Assembly: GCA_045106985.1 (NCBI GenBank)
Contig: JBGCFQ010000005.1
Coordinates: forward strand, 86,700-150,699
DNA: 64,000 bases
Direction: 5' to 3'
From: Pseudomonadales bacterium
Lineage (GTDB): Bacteria; Pseudomonadota; Gammaproteobacteria; Pseudomonadales; JAUIET01
The notes under the pieces were generated by a model, which was not told the origin of the DNA, ran no database searches, and was given only the letters and a program-made list of their open reading frames with translations. This document shows positions 35,743-46,682 of this stretch, one piece after another; position 1 is the stretch's first letter, and each line of letters starts with the position of its first letter. Position numbers and translations under genes: made by a program.

Positions 35743-38700
35743 CTAGTCGTCTTCAGTAGCCGCCAGAAGCGCTGCGTTGCCACCCGCAGCGGTGGTATCA
35801 ATACACACATGTTGCTCAGTCAACAGCCTTTTTTGAAGCCCTGCATCCATTACCAGTGGAATTATTGCTCCATCTCGGCTTGCCAATTCTAGCCTGAGTT
35901 CTCGAGAGCCCAATTCTGCCCAGTAAACTACGGCACCTAGCTGATCGAGCTCTTTGAGTGCGCCAGGCGCGAGACAGCCATCAATCCCAAGCTCTTTCAC
36001 ATCCTCTCCAGCCACGCTGGCTACACCTTCGGCGACAGCTAGCGCACTACAGCCTAAGTCCCTGGCTTGCTGCACTTGCTGGCTGGCCAATTCAGCGCCT
36101 GGCCCAAGACACAGTACCCGGGCGCGGGGCTTGTAACTGAGGCGATTCGATTCCCCGGTGGGACCTGGCATCTCTATTGCTGTTTCCATCGACAGATGTA
36201 ATTCCTTAATGGCCTGCGCAGAAGCTGCTGTGGGGTTTTTCTTCTTTGCGTCCTTTGCTGTGTCGGCCTCACAGGCCTGAAACCCACGATTAATCTCGTT
36301 CGCTGTAACGTGACCACCAAGCGGCTGGATAGTGTGATTGTCCGAGCTTATGAACGGAAGCTTTGCCTGAGTAAAGCGCGCAACATAATTAGGACCACCC
36401 GCTTTCGGACCTGTGCCGCTTAGCCCTACGCCGCCAAAGGGCTGGGTTCCAACCACCGCACCAATCTGATTGCGGTTTACATATATATTGCCAGCGTTTA
36501 TCTGCTCTACGACCAATTGAACGCGATCATCAATCCGGCTGTGCATACCGAAGGTAAGGCCATAGCCGCTGCCATTGATGTCGGCCACAACAGTGCGCAA
36601 CTGGTCTGCTGCGAAGGTTGCAACATGCAGCACTGGCCCAAAAACTTCTTCCTGCAAATCAGCAATACCCTTAACCTGAATCACGCTGGGACCGACAAAA
36701 CACCCCTCACTAGGGGCTTTCAGAGACTTCAAAAGCCGACCGTCCTTATCGGCGGCGCTCAAGTAGGCAGAAATACTCTGTTGCGCGCCAGCAGAAATCA
36801 CCGGGCCAATATCAACGCCAAGATTGGACGTGTCACCAAGGCGCAATTCATCCATCGCTTGCAGCAACAACGACAAAATGCCGTCAGCAACATCTTCTTG
36901 CACATAGAGTATTCGAAGCGCGCTGCAGCGCTGGCCTGCAGACTGAAAAGCCGACTCAAGAATGTCTCTCACGGCTTGTTCTGGTAGCGCTGTACTGTCA
37001 ACAATCATTGCGTTCAGCCCACCCGTTTCAGCGATAAGAGGCGCTGTTGGCGATAGCGATTCAGCCATGCTTCGATTAATGTGCTGGGCCGTTGCAGTTG
37101 AGCCAGTGAAACATATGCCGTCAACGTTCGAAGAAGAGCTAAGAGCCGCGCCCACAGAGTTACCCATTCCTGGCAGTAAGAGCAAACACTGCTCAGGTAC
37201 GCCAGCCTCATGCAGACAGTTGATAGCAAACTGAGCCACCAATGAGGTGGTTTCCGCAGGCTTTGCCGCAACCGCATTGCCCGCCGCTAACGCGGCTGCT
37301 ATTTGCCCGGTAAAAATGGCTAGTGGGAAATTCCAGGGCGATATACACGCCACAACACCCAATGGCATAAGTGGTCCCGCCTGTTCCAGACGCTCTCCTT
37401 CAGCCGCATAAAAGCGAAGAAAATCGACCGCTTCACGCAGCTCTGCAACACAATCGTTAATAGATTTACCAGATTCTCGAATGAGCAGCGAAAACAATTC
37501 TATAGCGTTGGACTCATAGGCATCAGCCGCTTTGGCTAATATTGTCGATCGCTCTTTTGCCGACACCCCCCAGGTCTTGAGTTGTAGTAACTGAGTTTCA
37601 ACATCAGCCACAGTCGCCATCTGTAATTCACCTACCACTGCGCCCGTAGCAGGATTAAGCACTGCTTCGGTTATACCATTGCGATCCGGGCTGGTGCTTT
37701 GCCATTGGCGGTTAGCAAACTGCTCCAGCTCTGCACTTATATACGCTATCTGATCGGGGTCGCTAAGGTCCCAACCCTTTGAATTGCTGCGCTGCGGCAT
37801 ATAAAGATCAGCAGGTTTGGCAATTGCCGGGTTGTGTGCGTTCTGCAGGTAATTTTCTACCGCTACGAAGGGGTCAGCGGCAACCTGCTCCGCTGGCACA
37901 TTTTCATCAACAATCTGACTAACAAAGGAACTGTTTGCACCGTTTTCTAGAAGCCGACGCACAAGATAGGCCAGCAGATCCTTATGCCGCCCGACGGGTG
38001 CGTAAATTCTGCATCGTGTGTCATGACGCTCTTTAAGAGTTTCATGAAGGGCTTCGCCCATGCCATGTAAACGCTGAAACTCAAACGACTGCTTGTCGTC
38101 TGCCAGCTCAATAATAGCAGCAGCAGAGTGCGCACTGTGCGTGGCAAACTGAGGATACAAACGATCGGTTTTCTCTAGCAGTTGCTTCGCACAACAAATA
38201 TAACTAACGTCAGTAGAAGACTTGCGGGTATACACAGGGAAGTCTTTGAAGCCCTCCACTTGCGAGTGTTTGATTTCAGTGTCCCAGTAGGCCCCCTTAA
38301 CCAAGCGAACCATAATGCGTCTGTCGAGGCGAACAGCCAGCTCATAAAGCCAATCGATAACAAATGAGGCGCGCTTGCTGTACGCCTGCACCACTACGCC
38401 AAAACCGTCCCAACCCGCGAGCATCGAGTCTGAAAGCATCGCGTCAATTACATCGAGCGAAAGGTCGAGCCGATCCGCTTCCTCGGCATCAATATTCAAG
38501 CCAATGTTTGCCGACTTAGCGAGCACAGCTAAAGAGCGTGCACGCGGCATGAGCTCTTTCAATACGCGGTCTTTCTGTAAAAACTCATAGCGTGGGTGCA
38601 AAGCTGAGAGCTTGATTGATATACCAGGATTGTTTCTAATGTCTTCAGTTTTACTTGAGCCTGCGAGTGCCGTTATCGCTTCCGCATAGTCAATATGGTA

Positions 38701-39354
38701 GCGTTTTGCGTCTCGCTCACTACGAGCGGCTTCGCCCAACATATCGTAAGAATGAGTGAAACCGGATTTCTGCATCGTTTCTGCGCGCTTCATGGCAGAA
38801 GTAATCGTTTCGCCTAGTACGAATTGATCCCCCAGCTCTTTCATCACGCGGGTTACCGCTTGGCGAATAATGGGTTCACCCAAACGCTTTACCGCAGAAG
38901 CCAAAACGCTGCCAACTTTAGAGCCATGCTCTTCATCAAGCACTTTACCCGTGATGAACAAGGCCCAGGTTGAGGCGTTAATGAGTGAGGAGTGCGACTG
39001 ACCTAAGTGGGCGCCCCATTCGCTGGGTGTAATCTTGTCATCGATGAGCTCATCCATCGTGTCGCCGTCGGGTACTCGAAGCAATGCTTCAGCAAGGCAC
39101 ATCAAGGCAACACCTTCATCAGTCGACAGCCCGTATTCGCCAAGAAACAACTCCATCATCGTTGGATCGCTGTCTTCCCGAATGCGCTTAACAAGATCTA
39201 CTGCGCGCTCGTGCATTTGCTGGCGCAACGGCAGGCTCACCTCAAATCGATCGATTAGCTCGGCCAGTACACGCCCTTCTTCAATGTGGGCATGCGCGCG
39301 GATTTGTTGACGCTGTTGGTTCATTGGATATGGCCGGTCATTGTAGGGTTTCAA
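35743..39354 (-). CDS. putA: bifunctional proline dehydrogenase / L-glutamate-gamma-semialdehyde dehydrogenase
   Basis: ~1200 aa. A PRODH TIM barrel is followed by an ALDH domain (catalytic-Cys region FQSAGQRCSALR, plus EETFGPV-like EEVFGPVL) and a C-terminal ALDH-like domain. No N-terminal RHH domain is evident. Confidence 0.92.
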   Translation of the reverse strand: MKPYNDRPYPMNQQRQQIRAHAHIEEGRVLAELIDRFEVSLPLRQQMHERAVDLVKRIREDSDPTMMELFLGEYGLSTDEGVALMCLAEALLRVPDGDTMDELIDDKITPSEWGAHLGQSHSSLINASTWALFITGKVLDEEHGSKVGSVLASAVKRLGEPIIRQAVTRVMKELGDQFVLGETITSAMKRAETMQKSGFTHSYDMLGEAARSERDAKRYHIDYAEAITALAGSSKTEDIRNNPGISIKLSALHPRYEFLQKDRVLKELMPRARSLAVLAKSANIGLNIDAEEADRLDLSLDVIDAMLSDSMLAGWDGFGVVVQAYSKRASFVIDWLYELAVRLDRRIMVRLVKGAYWDTEIKHSQVEGFKDFPVYTRKSSTDVSYICCAKQLLEKTDRLYPQFATHSAHSAAAIIELADDKQSFEFQRLHGMGEALHETLKERHDTRCRIYAPVGRHKDLLAYLVRRLLENGANSSFVSQIVDENVPAEQVAADPFVAVENYLQNAHNPAIAKPADLYMPQRSNSKGWDLSDPDQIAYISAELEQFANRQWQSTSPDRNGITEAVLNPATGAVVGELQMATVADVETQLLQLKTWGVSAKERSTILAKAADAYESNAIELFSLLIRESGKSINDCVAELREAVDFLRFYAAEGERLEQAGPLMPLGVVACISPWNFPLAIFTGQIAAALAAGNAVAAKPAETTSLVAQFAINCLHEAGVPEQCLLLLPGMGNSVGAALSSSSNVDGICFTGSTATAQHINRSMAESLSPTAPLIAETGGLNAMIVDSTALPEQAVRDILESAFQSAGQRCSALRILYVQEDVADGILSLLLQAMDELRLGDTSNLGVDIGPVISAGAQQSISAYLSAADKDGRLLKSLKAPSEGCFVGPSVIQVKGIADLQEEVFGPVLHVATFAADQLRTVVADINGSGYGLTFGMHSRIDDRVQLVVEQINAGNIYVNRNQIGAVVGTQPFGGVGLSGTGPKAGGPNYVARFTQAKLPFISSDNHTIQPLGGHVTANEINRGFQACEADTAKDAKKKNPTAASAQAIKELHLSMETAIEMPGPTGESNRLSYKPRARVLCLGPGAELASQQVQQARDLGCSALAVAEGVASVAGEDVKELGIDGCLAPGALKELDQLGAVVYWAELGSRELRLELASRDGAIIPLVMDAGLQKRLLTEQHVCIDTTAAGGNAALLAATEDD

Positions 39355-39385
39355 TTTTCTTTGGCTATCGCGTTGGCTTTGCTTT

Positions 39386-40537
39386 TTAAAACGCTTTTAA
39401 ATGAGACTCGTTTAATTGGTCAACGCTAGTGCAACCTAATAGTGCCATCGAACGCTCAAGTTCGTCGCGCAATAGCGACAAAGCATGTTCTACCCCAGCC
39501 TGCCCGCCAGCTGCTAAGCCATACAAGTAGGCACGACCGATAGAACAGCCGTCAGCCCCCATTGCGAGGGCCTTAATAATATGTGTACCGCGACGAATAC
39601 CACCGTCAACAATCAATTCCAAATCGCTGCCCACCGCATCGCGCATATCTCGAATACAGTCAAATGGCGCAGGAGATGTGTCGAGTTGCCGGCCACCATG
39701 ATTCGAAATCATCACCGAACTGGCGCCCACATCAACGGCTCGCTTAGCGTCGGCGGCTGATTGCAGGCCCTTAATCGCAAAGGGGCCGCCCCATAACTCC
39801 ACAAGCCAGGCAACGTCATCCCAATTTACTGAGCGATCAAACTGACTGTTCACGTAATCAATCAATGCCATCGTGCCGCTACCTATCGCGTCTACCCGAT
39901 GGCTAACATTTGCCAGCCTGAAATCTGAGTCTTGCAGCAACCCTAACAACCATTCAAAGCTGGTGGCAAAGCTAAGCAAATTAGACGGACTGAGTGTAGG
40001 CGGCACGGTAAGCCCGTACTTTTTTTCACGCTCGCGATTGCCAGCCAGCATTGTGTCAACCGTGAGGCACATAGCGCTGTAGCCGGCGGCCTTGCAGCGC
40101 TCTACAAACTCACGCGTGAGTTCTCTGTCTTTCAGAATATAGATCTGAAACATTTTTGCCGCCTGCGTTTCCGCGGCTACATCTTCAAGGCTGGTAGTTG
40201 CTAAGGTCGACAAACTGTACAGCGTATTGAACTTAGCAGCCGCTCTGCACACGCCAAGCTCCTTGTCGCGATGAAACAATCGCGACATGCCGGTAGGCGC
40301 AAGAAAAAAGGGCAGCGCCAAATCGCATCCCATAATTTGTGCGGACGTATCAATCGCCGAAATATCGCGAAGATAATTCGGCATTAACTGATAATCATTG
40401 AACGCAGCCGTATTACGCCGCAGCGTCCACTCATCATCCGCACCGCCGTCGATGTAGTGAAACATAGGCGCAGGCAGCTTTCGCTGTGCCTTCACCCGCA
40501 GATCTTCTATGTTGTAGCAGCGGCTTAAGCTAGGCAT
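39386..40537 (-). CDS. FMN-dependent alpha-hydroxy acid dehydrogenase/oxidase (L-lactate dehydrogenase LldD-like)
   Basis: NIEDLRVKAQRKLPAPMFHYIDGGADDE...SNHGGRQLD...VDGGIRRGTHIIKALAMGA. Starting at the internal ATG (40537) avoids overlap with the upstream gene. Confidence 0.85.
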   Translation of the reverse strand: MPSLSRCYNIEDLRVKAQRKLPAPMFHYIDGGADDEWTLRRNTAAFNDYQLMPNYLRDISAIDTSAQIMGCDLALPFFLAPTGMSRLFHRDKELGVCRAAAKFNTLYSLSTLATTSLEDVAAETQAAKMFQIYILKDRELTREFVERCKAAGYSAMCLTVDTMLAGNREREKKYGLTVPPTLSPSNLLSFATSFEWLLGLLQDSDFRLANVSHRVDAIGSGTMALIDYVNSQFDRSVNWDDVAWLVELWGGPFAIKGLQSAADAKRAVDVGASSVMISNHGGRQLDTSPAPFDCIRDMRDAVGSDLELIVDGGIRRGTHIIKALAMGADGCSIGRAYLYGLAAGGQAGVEHALSLLRDELERSMALLGCTSVDQLNESHLKAF

Positions 40538-40550
40538 ACCCGTAACCGAG

Positions 40551-41699
40551 TTACTGAGCCACGTCTGCGCGAGCTTGGTCAATGGCCGCAGCCACCAACG
40601 GTATAATCTCACCTAAGGTCAATCCAACCGGTGCGCCAGAGTCAACACGAGTGTAATCATCCACAGCAAGATAGCCTGCGTAATTGCGCTCGGTATCTAT
40701 CCATGAAACGGCACCAAAGGCACCCGGGTCATAAAACAAGCTTGTAGGACCACCATCAGTTGAATCGATAAGCCACCAACCCATTCCATAGGGCGTGCCT
40801 AAGGCACCGCCTTTGTCTTCACGCATGAAGGCAAGTGACTCGGCGCTCAATACTTGCGTGTCACCACACATCCCGCCATCCAGGGTCATCTTCAACAATT
40901 TGGCGTAATCGCGCATATTACTGATCGCGCCGCCTTCGATGTTTGGATTGTCTCGTCCTATCAAACTGTCAGGCGATCCGGTCCAGGCGCCGACGTTGCT
41001 CCAGGGATTACCAAAGGAAAACACTTCAAGGTCGCAAGGCTCTGCTATGTACTGTGCAAAAAGCTGCGCCCAACTCGCACCACCCACTACTTCGGCAACG
41101 GCGCCCGCCAATTGCCATTGGCTGCCGCCATAACTGAAGCGAGTGCCGGGGGCTACCGAGCCCGCGACCGGGGTTGTGTATATAGTCTCAGCGCAACCCA
41201 AGAGGTCTGGTAAAGGCGCAAACTGGCACAAGCTGGCACCGTAAGACCCTAGGCCTTCCAAGCCCGGAATACCTGATGTGTTGCTTAGAAGTTGCGCTGT
41301 GGTGGCATCACCATAAAGCCCCATCCACGGTAAATAGTTTGATATTGGCGTGTTAATGTCAAACTCTACATCTGGATCGTCGTGCAAGGCCATCATCAGC
41401 AGAGCAACCGGCATTTTGCTTGTGGAGGCCAGTAGAACCACGATATCGAGTTCATGATCTCCAAAAGCCGCTTCGTGAACAGTGCCCTGCTCTTGATCAA
41501 CAATCGTATAAGAAATGCCTTCAAAAACAGCATTTTCATCAACAAAAGTCTGCATTGCGCTGTCGGGTGCATCAAAGTTGTAGCTTGCCAAGGGAATTGA
41601 TTCGGTAAAGCCTCCACTACCATCATTGCCGCCGCTGCATGCAGCGAGGCCAAAGACCATAATAGGAATACTGAATATTCTATTAACTAACGTTTTCAT
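40551..41699 (-). CDS. serine hydrolase, beta-lactamase/PBP4-like family, lipoprotein
   Basis: Lipobox FGLAAC. SxxK motif ASTSK. 382 aa. Confidence 0.65.
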   Translation of the reverse strand: MKTLVNRIFSIPIMVFGLAACSGGNDGSGGFTESIPLASYNFDAPDSAMQTFVDENAVFEGISYTIVDQEQGTVHEAAFGDHELDIVVLLASTSKMPVALLMMALHDDPDVEFDINTPISNYLPWMGLYGDATTAQLLSNTSGIPGLEGLGSYGASLCQFAPLPDLLGCAETIYTTPVAGSVAPGTRFSYGGSQWQLAGAVAEVVGGASWAQLFAQYIAEPCDLEVFSFGNPWSNVGAWTGSPDSLIGRDNPNIEGGAISNMRDYAKLLKMTLDGGMCGDTQVLSAESLAFMREDKGGALGTPYGMGWWLIDSTDGGPTSLFYDPGAFGAVSWIDTERNYAGYLAVDDYTRVDSGAPVGLTLGEIIPLVAAAIDQARADVAQ

Positions 41700-41761
41700 A
41701 CTACTTCTCTCTTCTCTTATTGCTGTTTAAAACAAGCCTACTTCAATTTTTCTTTCGAATT

Positions 41762-43957
41762 TCATGACAATCTAAAAGGTAAGCTTCGCAAGCGCTGACC
41801 CGTTGCTGCAAAAATTGCGTTCCCTACCGCCGCCGCTATAGGTGGTAGTCCCGGCTCACCAACACCGGTTGGCGGCTCTGCGCTTTCTATAATGTGCACT
41901 TCAATGTTCGGACATTCGTTCATGCGTAGCACTGGATAGTCATGGAAGTTGCTTTGCTGAACTGCGCCTTGCTCCAATGTAATTTCACCCAACAGCGCCA
42001 TACTAAGCCCATACACTATCGCACTTTCCATTTGCGCACGAACAATATCAGGGTTAACCACCAGCCCACAATCAACAACGCACACAACCCGATGAACATG
42101 TATGCCCTGCTCGTCGATTGAAAGCTCAACCATTTGAGCAACATAGGTATCGAAACTCAAGTGAGCCGCCACACCTCGAAACAGATCGCCACCGGCCACG
42201 CCACCTTGCCAATCACTAACACTGGCAAGCCGCTCAACGACACCTTTAAACCTGGAATCTTTCGGGCTGTTACGTAAACGGAACTCAAGCGGGTCTTGCG
42301 AAGCATGATGCGCAAGTTCATCTATGAAACTTTCTTTGAAGAAACCACTATAAGATGAACCTACCGCCCGCAAACTGCCCAGGCGCAAACCGGGGTCTAT
42401 TGTCACGTGTCGAACTTCGCGATGCTCAACCGCGTACTCTCCGTCGAGACCGTCAACACTGGTCATGTCTACTATCCAGTTTGCAAACACACTGTGAGGG
42501 CTGCGGCTCAACCAAACATTCATAGCTTCCGGCACAAAACTGGGAAGCATGGAGCGCAGCGCAGACTCTGCCGAATAGGGCAGCACATTGGGACCTGCTC
42601 GCTTAACAGACCAGGCATACAGCTCGCCATTGTCGTTGACGCTTGCACTCATTCTAGCCATGGACACTGGTCTATAAAAGTCATTACGGGTATCGTCCTC
42701 GCGACTCCACACCAAGTGCACTGGTTGCTCCAACTGCAGTGCGATTTGTACGGCCTCGGCAACAAAATCATTGTCGAGCCGGCGACCAAAACCGCCACCC
42801 AGCCAGGGCGTGTGTATACGAATATTATCGGTGTCTATGCCGCTCACAAAACTGGCTATTGCCTGGGCCAAGCTTGGCGATTGCGTACCTGTCCATACAT
42901 CAATCTTGCCATCGCTTATGTGGGCCGCGCAATTCATGGGCTCCATTGTTGCGTGCGCCATATAGGGCACATAGTAGTCGGCGGTAATTGACTTGCTAGC
43001 CGCCACGACGGCAGCATGACCTTGCCCTTCCAAAATATGTTCTTCGCCGTCCTGCTCTAGCGCCATCGTTAGATCTTGCTTAATGGTGTCGCTCGATTGA
43101 GTCGATAGCTCTGGCAATTGCCACTCGGCTTTCAGCAAGGACACAGCGTTTTTTGCTTGCCAGTATTTTTGCGCAATAACCGCCACGCCGCTGTCGATTG
43201 TCATTATCTTTACGATACCGTCTAGCGTTAGCAGCTCTTCACGATTGTCACTAACAACGACGCCACCAATCACCGGGCAACGTAAAACAGCGGCCTTAAG
43301 CATATTGGCATGCTCGAAATCTATTCCGAATTCCGCTTGTCCAGTTACCTTCGCGAGAGCGTCAACCCTTTGCAGGCCTTCCTTACCTATAAGGCGGCAC
43401 TTTGCCTCTGGCTTCAAAGGGCTTTCTGTACTCACCGATAATGTTGCGGCTAAATCAACAAACTCTCCATAAGAAAAGGATTGTTGCCCTAGAAGTATCA
43501 AACCGCTATCAAAGCTAATTGCAGACTCTTCTACCTTTAGCTGCTGTGCAGCGGCCCGGCGCAATGTTTCTCTCGCATCGGCTGCCGCTTGGCGTATTGG
43601 AAGATAGAAATTCCGGATGCTGCTGCTGCCACCTGTTACCTGCAACGCGCCATAGTCTTTATGCACACCGGCATGACGAACCTCAATGTCGGCGGGCTTT
43701 ACTTCAAGCTCTTCGGCAATAAGCGTTGTGAAGCCGGTTGCAGTGCCTTGCCCCATTTCAACGCTGGGCAAGAAGAACGTAATGTGGCCGTCGTCTGAAA
43801 TTTGCAAAAACGCATTTGGTTGAAAATCCCCAGCTTGCGCACCAGGCCAAGGCTTGGAGCTTGAGCATGATGTTAACGGCACAGCAATGACCAACCCTGC
43901 CCCAGTCACGCCCAAGGCTTTAAGAAACTGACGTCTTGCTAGCCCAGTGCTATTCAT
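41762..43957 (-). CDS. molybdopterin-binding subunit of a xanthine dehydrogenase-family oxidoreductase (IorB/aldehyde oxidase-like), TAT-exported
   Basis: Twin-arginine signal [15 protein letters not shown], then aldehyde-oxidase/XDH a/b-hammerhead and Moco-binding blocks. The start is probably MNSTG (43957). Confidence 0.85.
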   Translation of the reverse strand: MNSTGLARRQFLKALGVTGAGLVIAVPLTSCSSSKPWPGAQAGDFQPNAFLQISDDGHITFFLPSVEMGQGTATGFTTLIAEELEVKPADIEVRHAGVHKDYGALQVTGGSSSIRNFYLPIRQAAADARETLRRAAAQQLKVEESAISFDSGLILLGQQSFSYGEFVDLAATLSVSTESPLKPEAKCRLIGKEGLQRVDALAKVTGQAEFGIDFEHANMLKAAVLRCPVIGGVVVSDNREELLTLDGIVKIMTIDSGVAVIAQKYWQAKNAVSLLKAEWQLPELSTQSSDTIKQDLTMALEQDGEEHILEGQGHAAVVAASKSITADYYVPYMAHATMEPMNCAAHISDGKIDVWTGTQSPSLAQAIASFVSGIDTDNIRIHTPWLGGGFGRRLDNDFVAEAVQIALQLEQPVHLVWSREDDTRNDFYRPVSMARMSASVNDNGELYAWSVKRAGPNVLPYSAESALRSMLPSFVPEAMNVWLSRSPHSVFANWIVDMTSVDGLDGEYAVEHREVRHVTIDPGLRLGSLRAVGSSYSGFFKESFIDELAHHASQDPLEFRLRNSPKDSRFKGVVERLASVSDWQGGVAGGDLFRGVAAHLSFDTYVAQMVELSIDEQGIHVHRVVCVVDCGLVVNPDIVRAQMESAIVYGLSMALLGEITLEQGAVQQSNFHDYPVLRMNECPNIEVHIIESAEPPTGVGEPGLPPIAAAVGNAIFAATGQRLRSLPFRLS

Positions 43958-44471
43958 GCTGGTCACTCGCGGCGGCTTCACTCGCCATTTCGTGAGGCGT
44001 CTGTGCGCTGGTGGCTACTAGTTGATCTGAAGCCTGCCGAATGGCTTGGCGAATTCTCGGGTAGGTACCGCAACGACATATATTGCCACTCATAGCCGAG
44101 TCTATTTGCTCGTTAGTGGGTTGTGGATTAGCTGCTAAAAGCGCACTCGCCGACATGATTTGCCCAGACTGACAGTAACCACACTGCGGTACGTTGTGGT
44201 CCAACCACGCCTGCTGCACTTGGTGCAATTGATCTTTTGGCGCGAGCCCTTCTATTGTTGTGACCGACTTGCCTTGCACTTGGGCAATGGGGAGTATGCA
44301 AGTACGTTGGGCTTGCCCATCAATATGCATAGTGCATGCGCCACATAAACCCATGCCGCAGCCAAACTTGGAGCCCTTTAGCTTAAAGTGATCACGCACA
44401 GCCCATAGCAAGGGTACATCGTTGGGCAATTCAGCGCTAACTTGCTCGCCATTAAGCGTAAACTCGATCAT
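43950..44471 (-). CDS. (2Fe-2S)-binding small subunit (IorA-like)
   Basis: Two [2Fe-2S] cysteine clusters: [10 protein letters not shown] and CGYCQSG...CRCGTY. Confidence 0.9.
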   Translation of the reverse strand: MIEFTLNGEQVSAELPNDVPLLWAVRDHFKLKGSKFGCGMGLCGACTMHIDGQAQRTCILPIAQVQGKSVTTIEGLAPKDQLHQVQQAWLDHNVPQCGYCQSGQIMSASALLAANPQPTNEQIDSAMSGNICRCGTYPRIRQAIRQASDQLVATSAQTPHEMASEAAASDQHE

Positions 44472-44636
44472 GCCTTAACCCTTCACTTCTCTCAAAAATC
44501 TGCACGCACAGTTTACCGTAATTAGCGCACGCTGACTGCGATTGAAAAAGACCTTAATTGAGGATAATTTGCTGGTGCTCGTTTCACCTACACACAGTTT
44601 GCCTGTACAACTTTCACACGCACAAAGGACTTCCAA

Positions 44637-45242
44637 TTGACAATGCACTGGGCGGAGGTTGCAACACTGGCAACTACCTTATTTTTTGTAATGGACCCAT
44701 TGGGTAACATACCCTTATTCAATTCCATTTTGGCGCGCTTCGACAGCCAACGTCGGGCAAAAATAGTGGCGCGCGAAATGGTGATCGCACTAGCGATCCT
44801 GATGTTCTTCCTGTTTGCTGGCACGACCATAATGGAGTTTCTGGGTCTGTCGCAGTCATCGCTGAGCATTTCTGGTGGCATTCTATTGTTCATCATCGCC
44901 TTGAAAATGATATTTCCTAAGCCCGCCGCCCTAGAAGAAACCGATGAAACGGAAGACCCTTTTATAGTGCCATTGGCCATACCGCTGGTTGCAGGCCCAT
45001 CAACCATCGCCATTTTACTACTGACGGCCTCATCGGCCCCTGATCAAATGCACGATTGGAGCATGGCCTTGTTTTTGGCTTGGGCTACCTCAGCTATTTT
45101 GTTGACCGCTTCACCCTACATGATGCGCGTTCTGGGTACTCGCGGCCTGAGAGCGCTTGAACGCCTAATGGGGATGTTGCTGGTCATTATGGCAACCCAG
45201 TTGTTGCTGAACGGCGTGCGTGAGTTTATTGGCAGTTTATAG
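44637..45242 (+). CDS. MarC family (UPF0056/NAAT) membrane protein
   Basis: FFVMDPLGNIPLF motif. 6 TM helices, ~200 aa. Confidence 0.75.
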   Translation: MTMHWAEVATLATTLFFVMDPLGNIPLFNSILARFDSQRRAKIVAREMVIALAILMFFLFAGTTIMEFLGLSQSSLSISGGILLFIIALKMIFPKPAALEETDETEDPFIVPLAIPLVAGPSTIAILLLTASSAPDQMHDWSMALFLAWATSAILLTASPYMMRVLGTRGLRALERLMGMLLVIMATQLLLNGVREFIGSL

Positions 45243-45401
45243 CGGTTGTGCTCCCCGGCTCTTGACCGTATTTGCACACACAGCTCTGAAGTTGGGCACT
45301 AATGCCGCATCCCGGCGCCGCTTATGGGCGCTGGCATGGGACTTGGATATACTCAGCAAGTCCACTGGGTAATTGGATGCCAGCCTGTCGTGATTCGTTT
45401 T

Positions 45402-46592
45402 ATGCTCTCATACAAAACTTGCAGCTTAGCCCTATTAGGCGCCTTGCTGATTTTAACCGCCGTTAACAGCCAAGCAAACGAAGCCTGCTTTGCTTCCATT
45501 CGCGAGCAGGCCATTGATGCCGGTGTGGCCGCCGACACGGTAGAGCGCGTAATGGCCCACGCCAAGATTGAACCAAAGATAGTAGCGCTGGACCGAAAGC
45601 AACCCGAGTTCTCAACTACGTTTGCTGATTATATGGGTAAACGCGTCAACGAGACGCGCATTGAAAAGGGCCGCGCTCTGCGCCAAACGCACAGCAGACT
45701 GCTTGCTGAGCTGACACGGAAGTACGGTGTTCCCGGGCATTACCTACTCGCCTTCTGGGGTTTGGAAACTAACTTCGGCGGTTACATGGGCAAAAAAAAT
45801 GCGCCTTCAGCACTGGCCACGCTAGCGTGTGACGGACGCCGCGCATCGTTTTTTACCGCCGAGCTGATTGAAACGATGCGTCTGGTAGAAAAGTACAAAC
45901 TTGATCCGGCCAAAATGGAAAGCTCTTGGGCTGGTGCTATGGGACAAACCCAATTTATGCCCTCTACATTTGCACGTTACGCCGTAGATGGCGACAACGA
46001 CGGTAAAGTAGATTTATGGAACAGCACGGCCGACGCTTTAGCGTCAGGCGCCAACTATTTAAAAGCACTGGATTGGCAAACTCGGCGTAGGTGGGGCCGT
46101 GAAGTGCTTTTGCCGGCTGGCTTTGAATGGTCGGTAACTGGAAGAAAAGCGTCCAAAAAAACGCTCGCACAATGGCGCGCGCTGGGTGTAAGAACAGCGG
46201 CCGGCCACCAGCTGCCTGATGTAAGTGATATAGAAGCCGCTATTATTGCCCCGGCCGGCCATAAGGGCCCTGCGTTCATAATCTATAAGAACTTCAATGT
46301 GATTATGGGCTGGAACCGATCAGAGTATTACGCGTTATCTGTTGGGCATCTTGCAGACAGAATAGCCGGTGCTGGCGAGCTTCGCCGAGCACCGCCTACC
46401 GATAAGGGCCTGCGCCGCTTGGAGGTAAAAGCTATTCAGCAATCACTTAACGAACTTGGTTTCGACGCGGGCAAACCGGATGGCATCATTGGCTCTGCCA
46501 CTCGACGCGCCGTTCGTGCTTATCAACTGCAAAACAAAATGATTGCTGACGGTTATCCGGATGAAGAGCTTTTTAGACGTTTGAAATCTTGA
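45402..46592 (+). CDS. lytic murein transglycosylase (MltB/Slt35-like) with a C-terminal PG-binding domain
   Basis: FWGLETNFGGYMG and GAMGQTQFMPSTF catalytic-region blocks. C-terminal IQQSLNELGFDAGKPDGIIGSATRRAVRAYQ. The signal peptide begins at MLSYKTCSLALLG (the track ORF starts at 45324). Confidence 0.85.
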   Translation: MLSYKTCSLALLGALLILTAVNSQANEACFASIREQAIDAGVAADTVERVMAHAKIEPKIVALDRKQPEFSTTFADYMGKRVNETRIEKGRALRQTHSRLLAELTRKYGVPGHYLLAFWGLETNFGGYMGKKNAPSALATLACDGRRASFFTAELIETMRLVEKYKLDPAKMESSWAGAMGQTQFMPSTFARYAVDGDNDGKVDLWNSTADALASGANYLKALDWQTRRRWGREVLLPAGFEWSVTGRKASKKTLAQWRALGVRTAAGHQLPDVSDIEAAIIAPAGHKGPAFIIYKNFNVIMGWNRSEYYALSVGHLADRIAGAGELRRAPPTDKGLRRLEVKAIQQSLNELGFDAGKPDGIIGSATRRAVRAYQLQNKMIADGYPDEELFRRLKS

Positions 46593-46608
46593 GCCGCTGC
46601 GCGGCTTT
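46592..46608 (+). terminator. possible intrinsic terminator
   Basis: AGCCGC-TGC-GCGGCT hairpin directly at the stop codon, followed by TTT. The stem and U-tract are both short. Confidence 0.3.
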
Positions 46609-46682
46609 CGAGTCACAAGCAACGCAATAAAAACAAACGAGGCTGATTCAAGTTAAACAGTTAGCGCAAGGTATGTTATGGA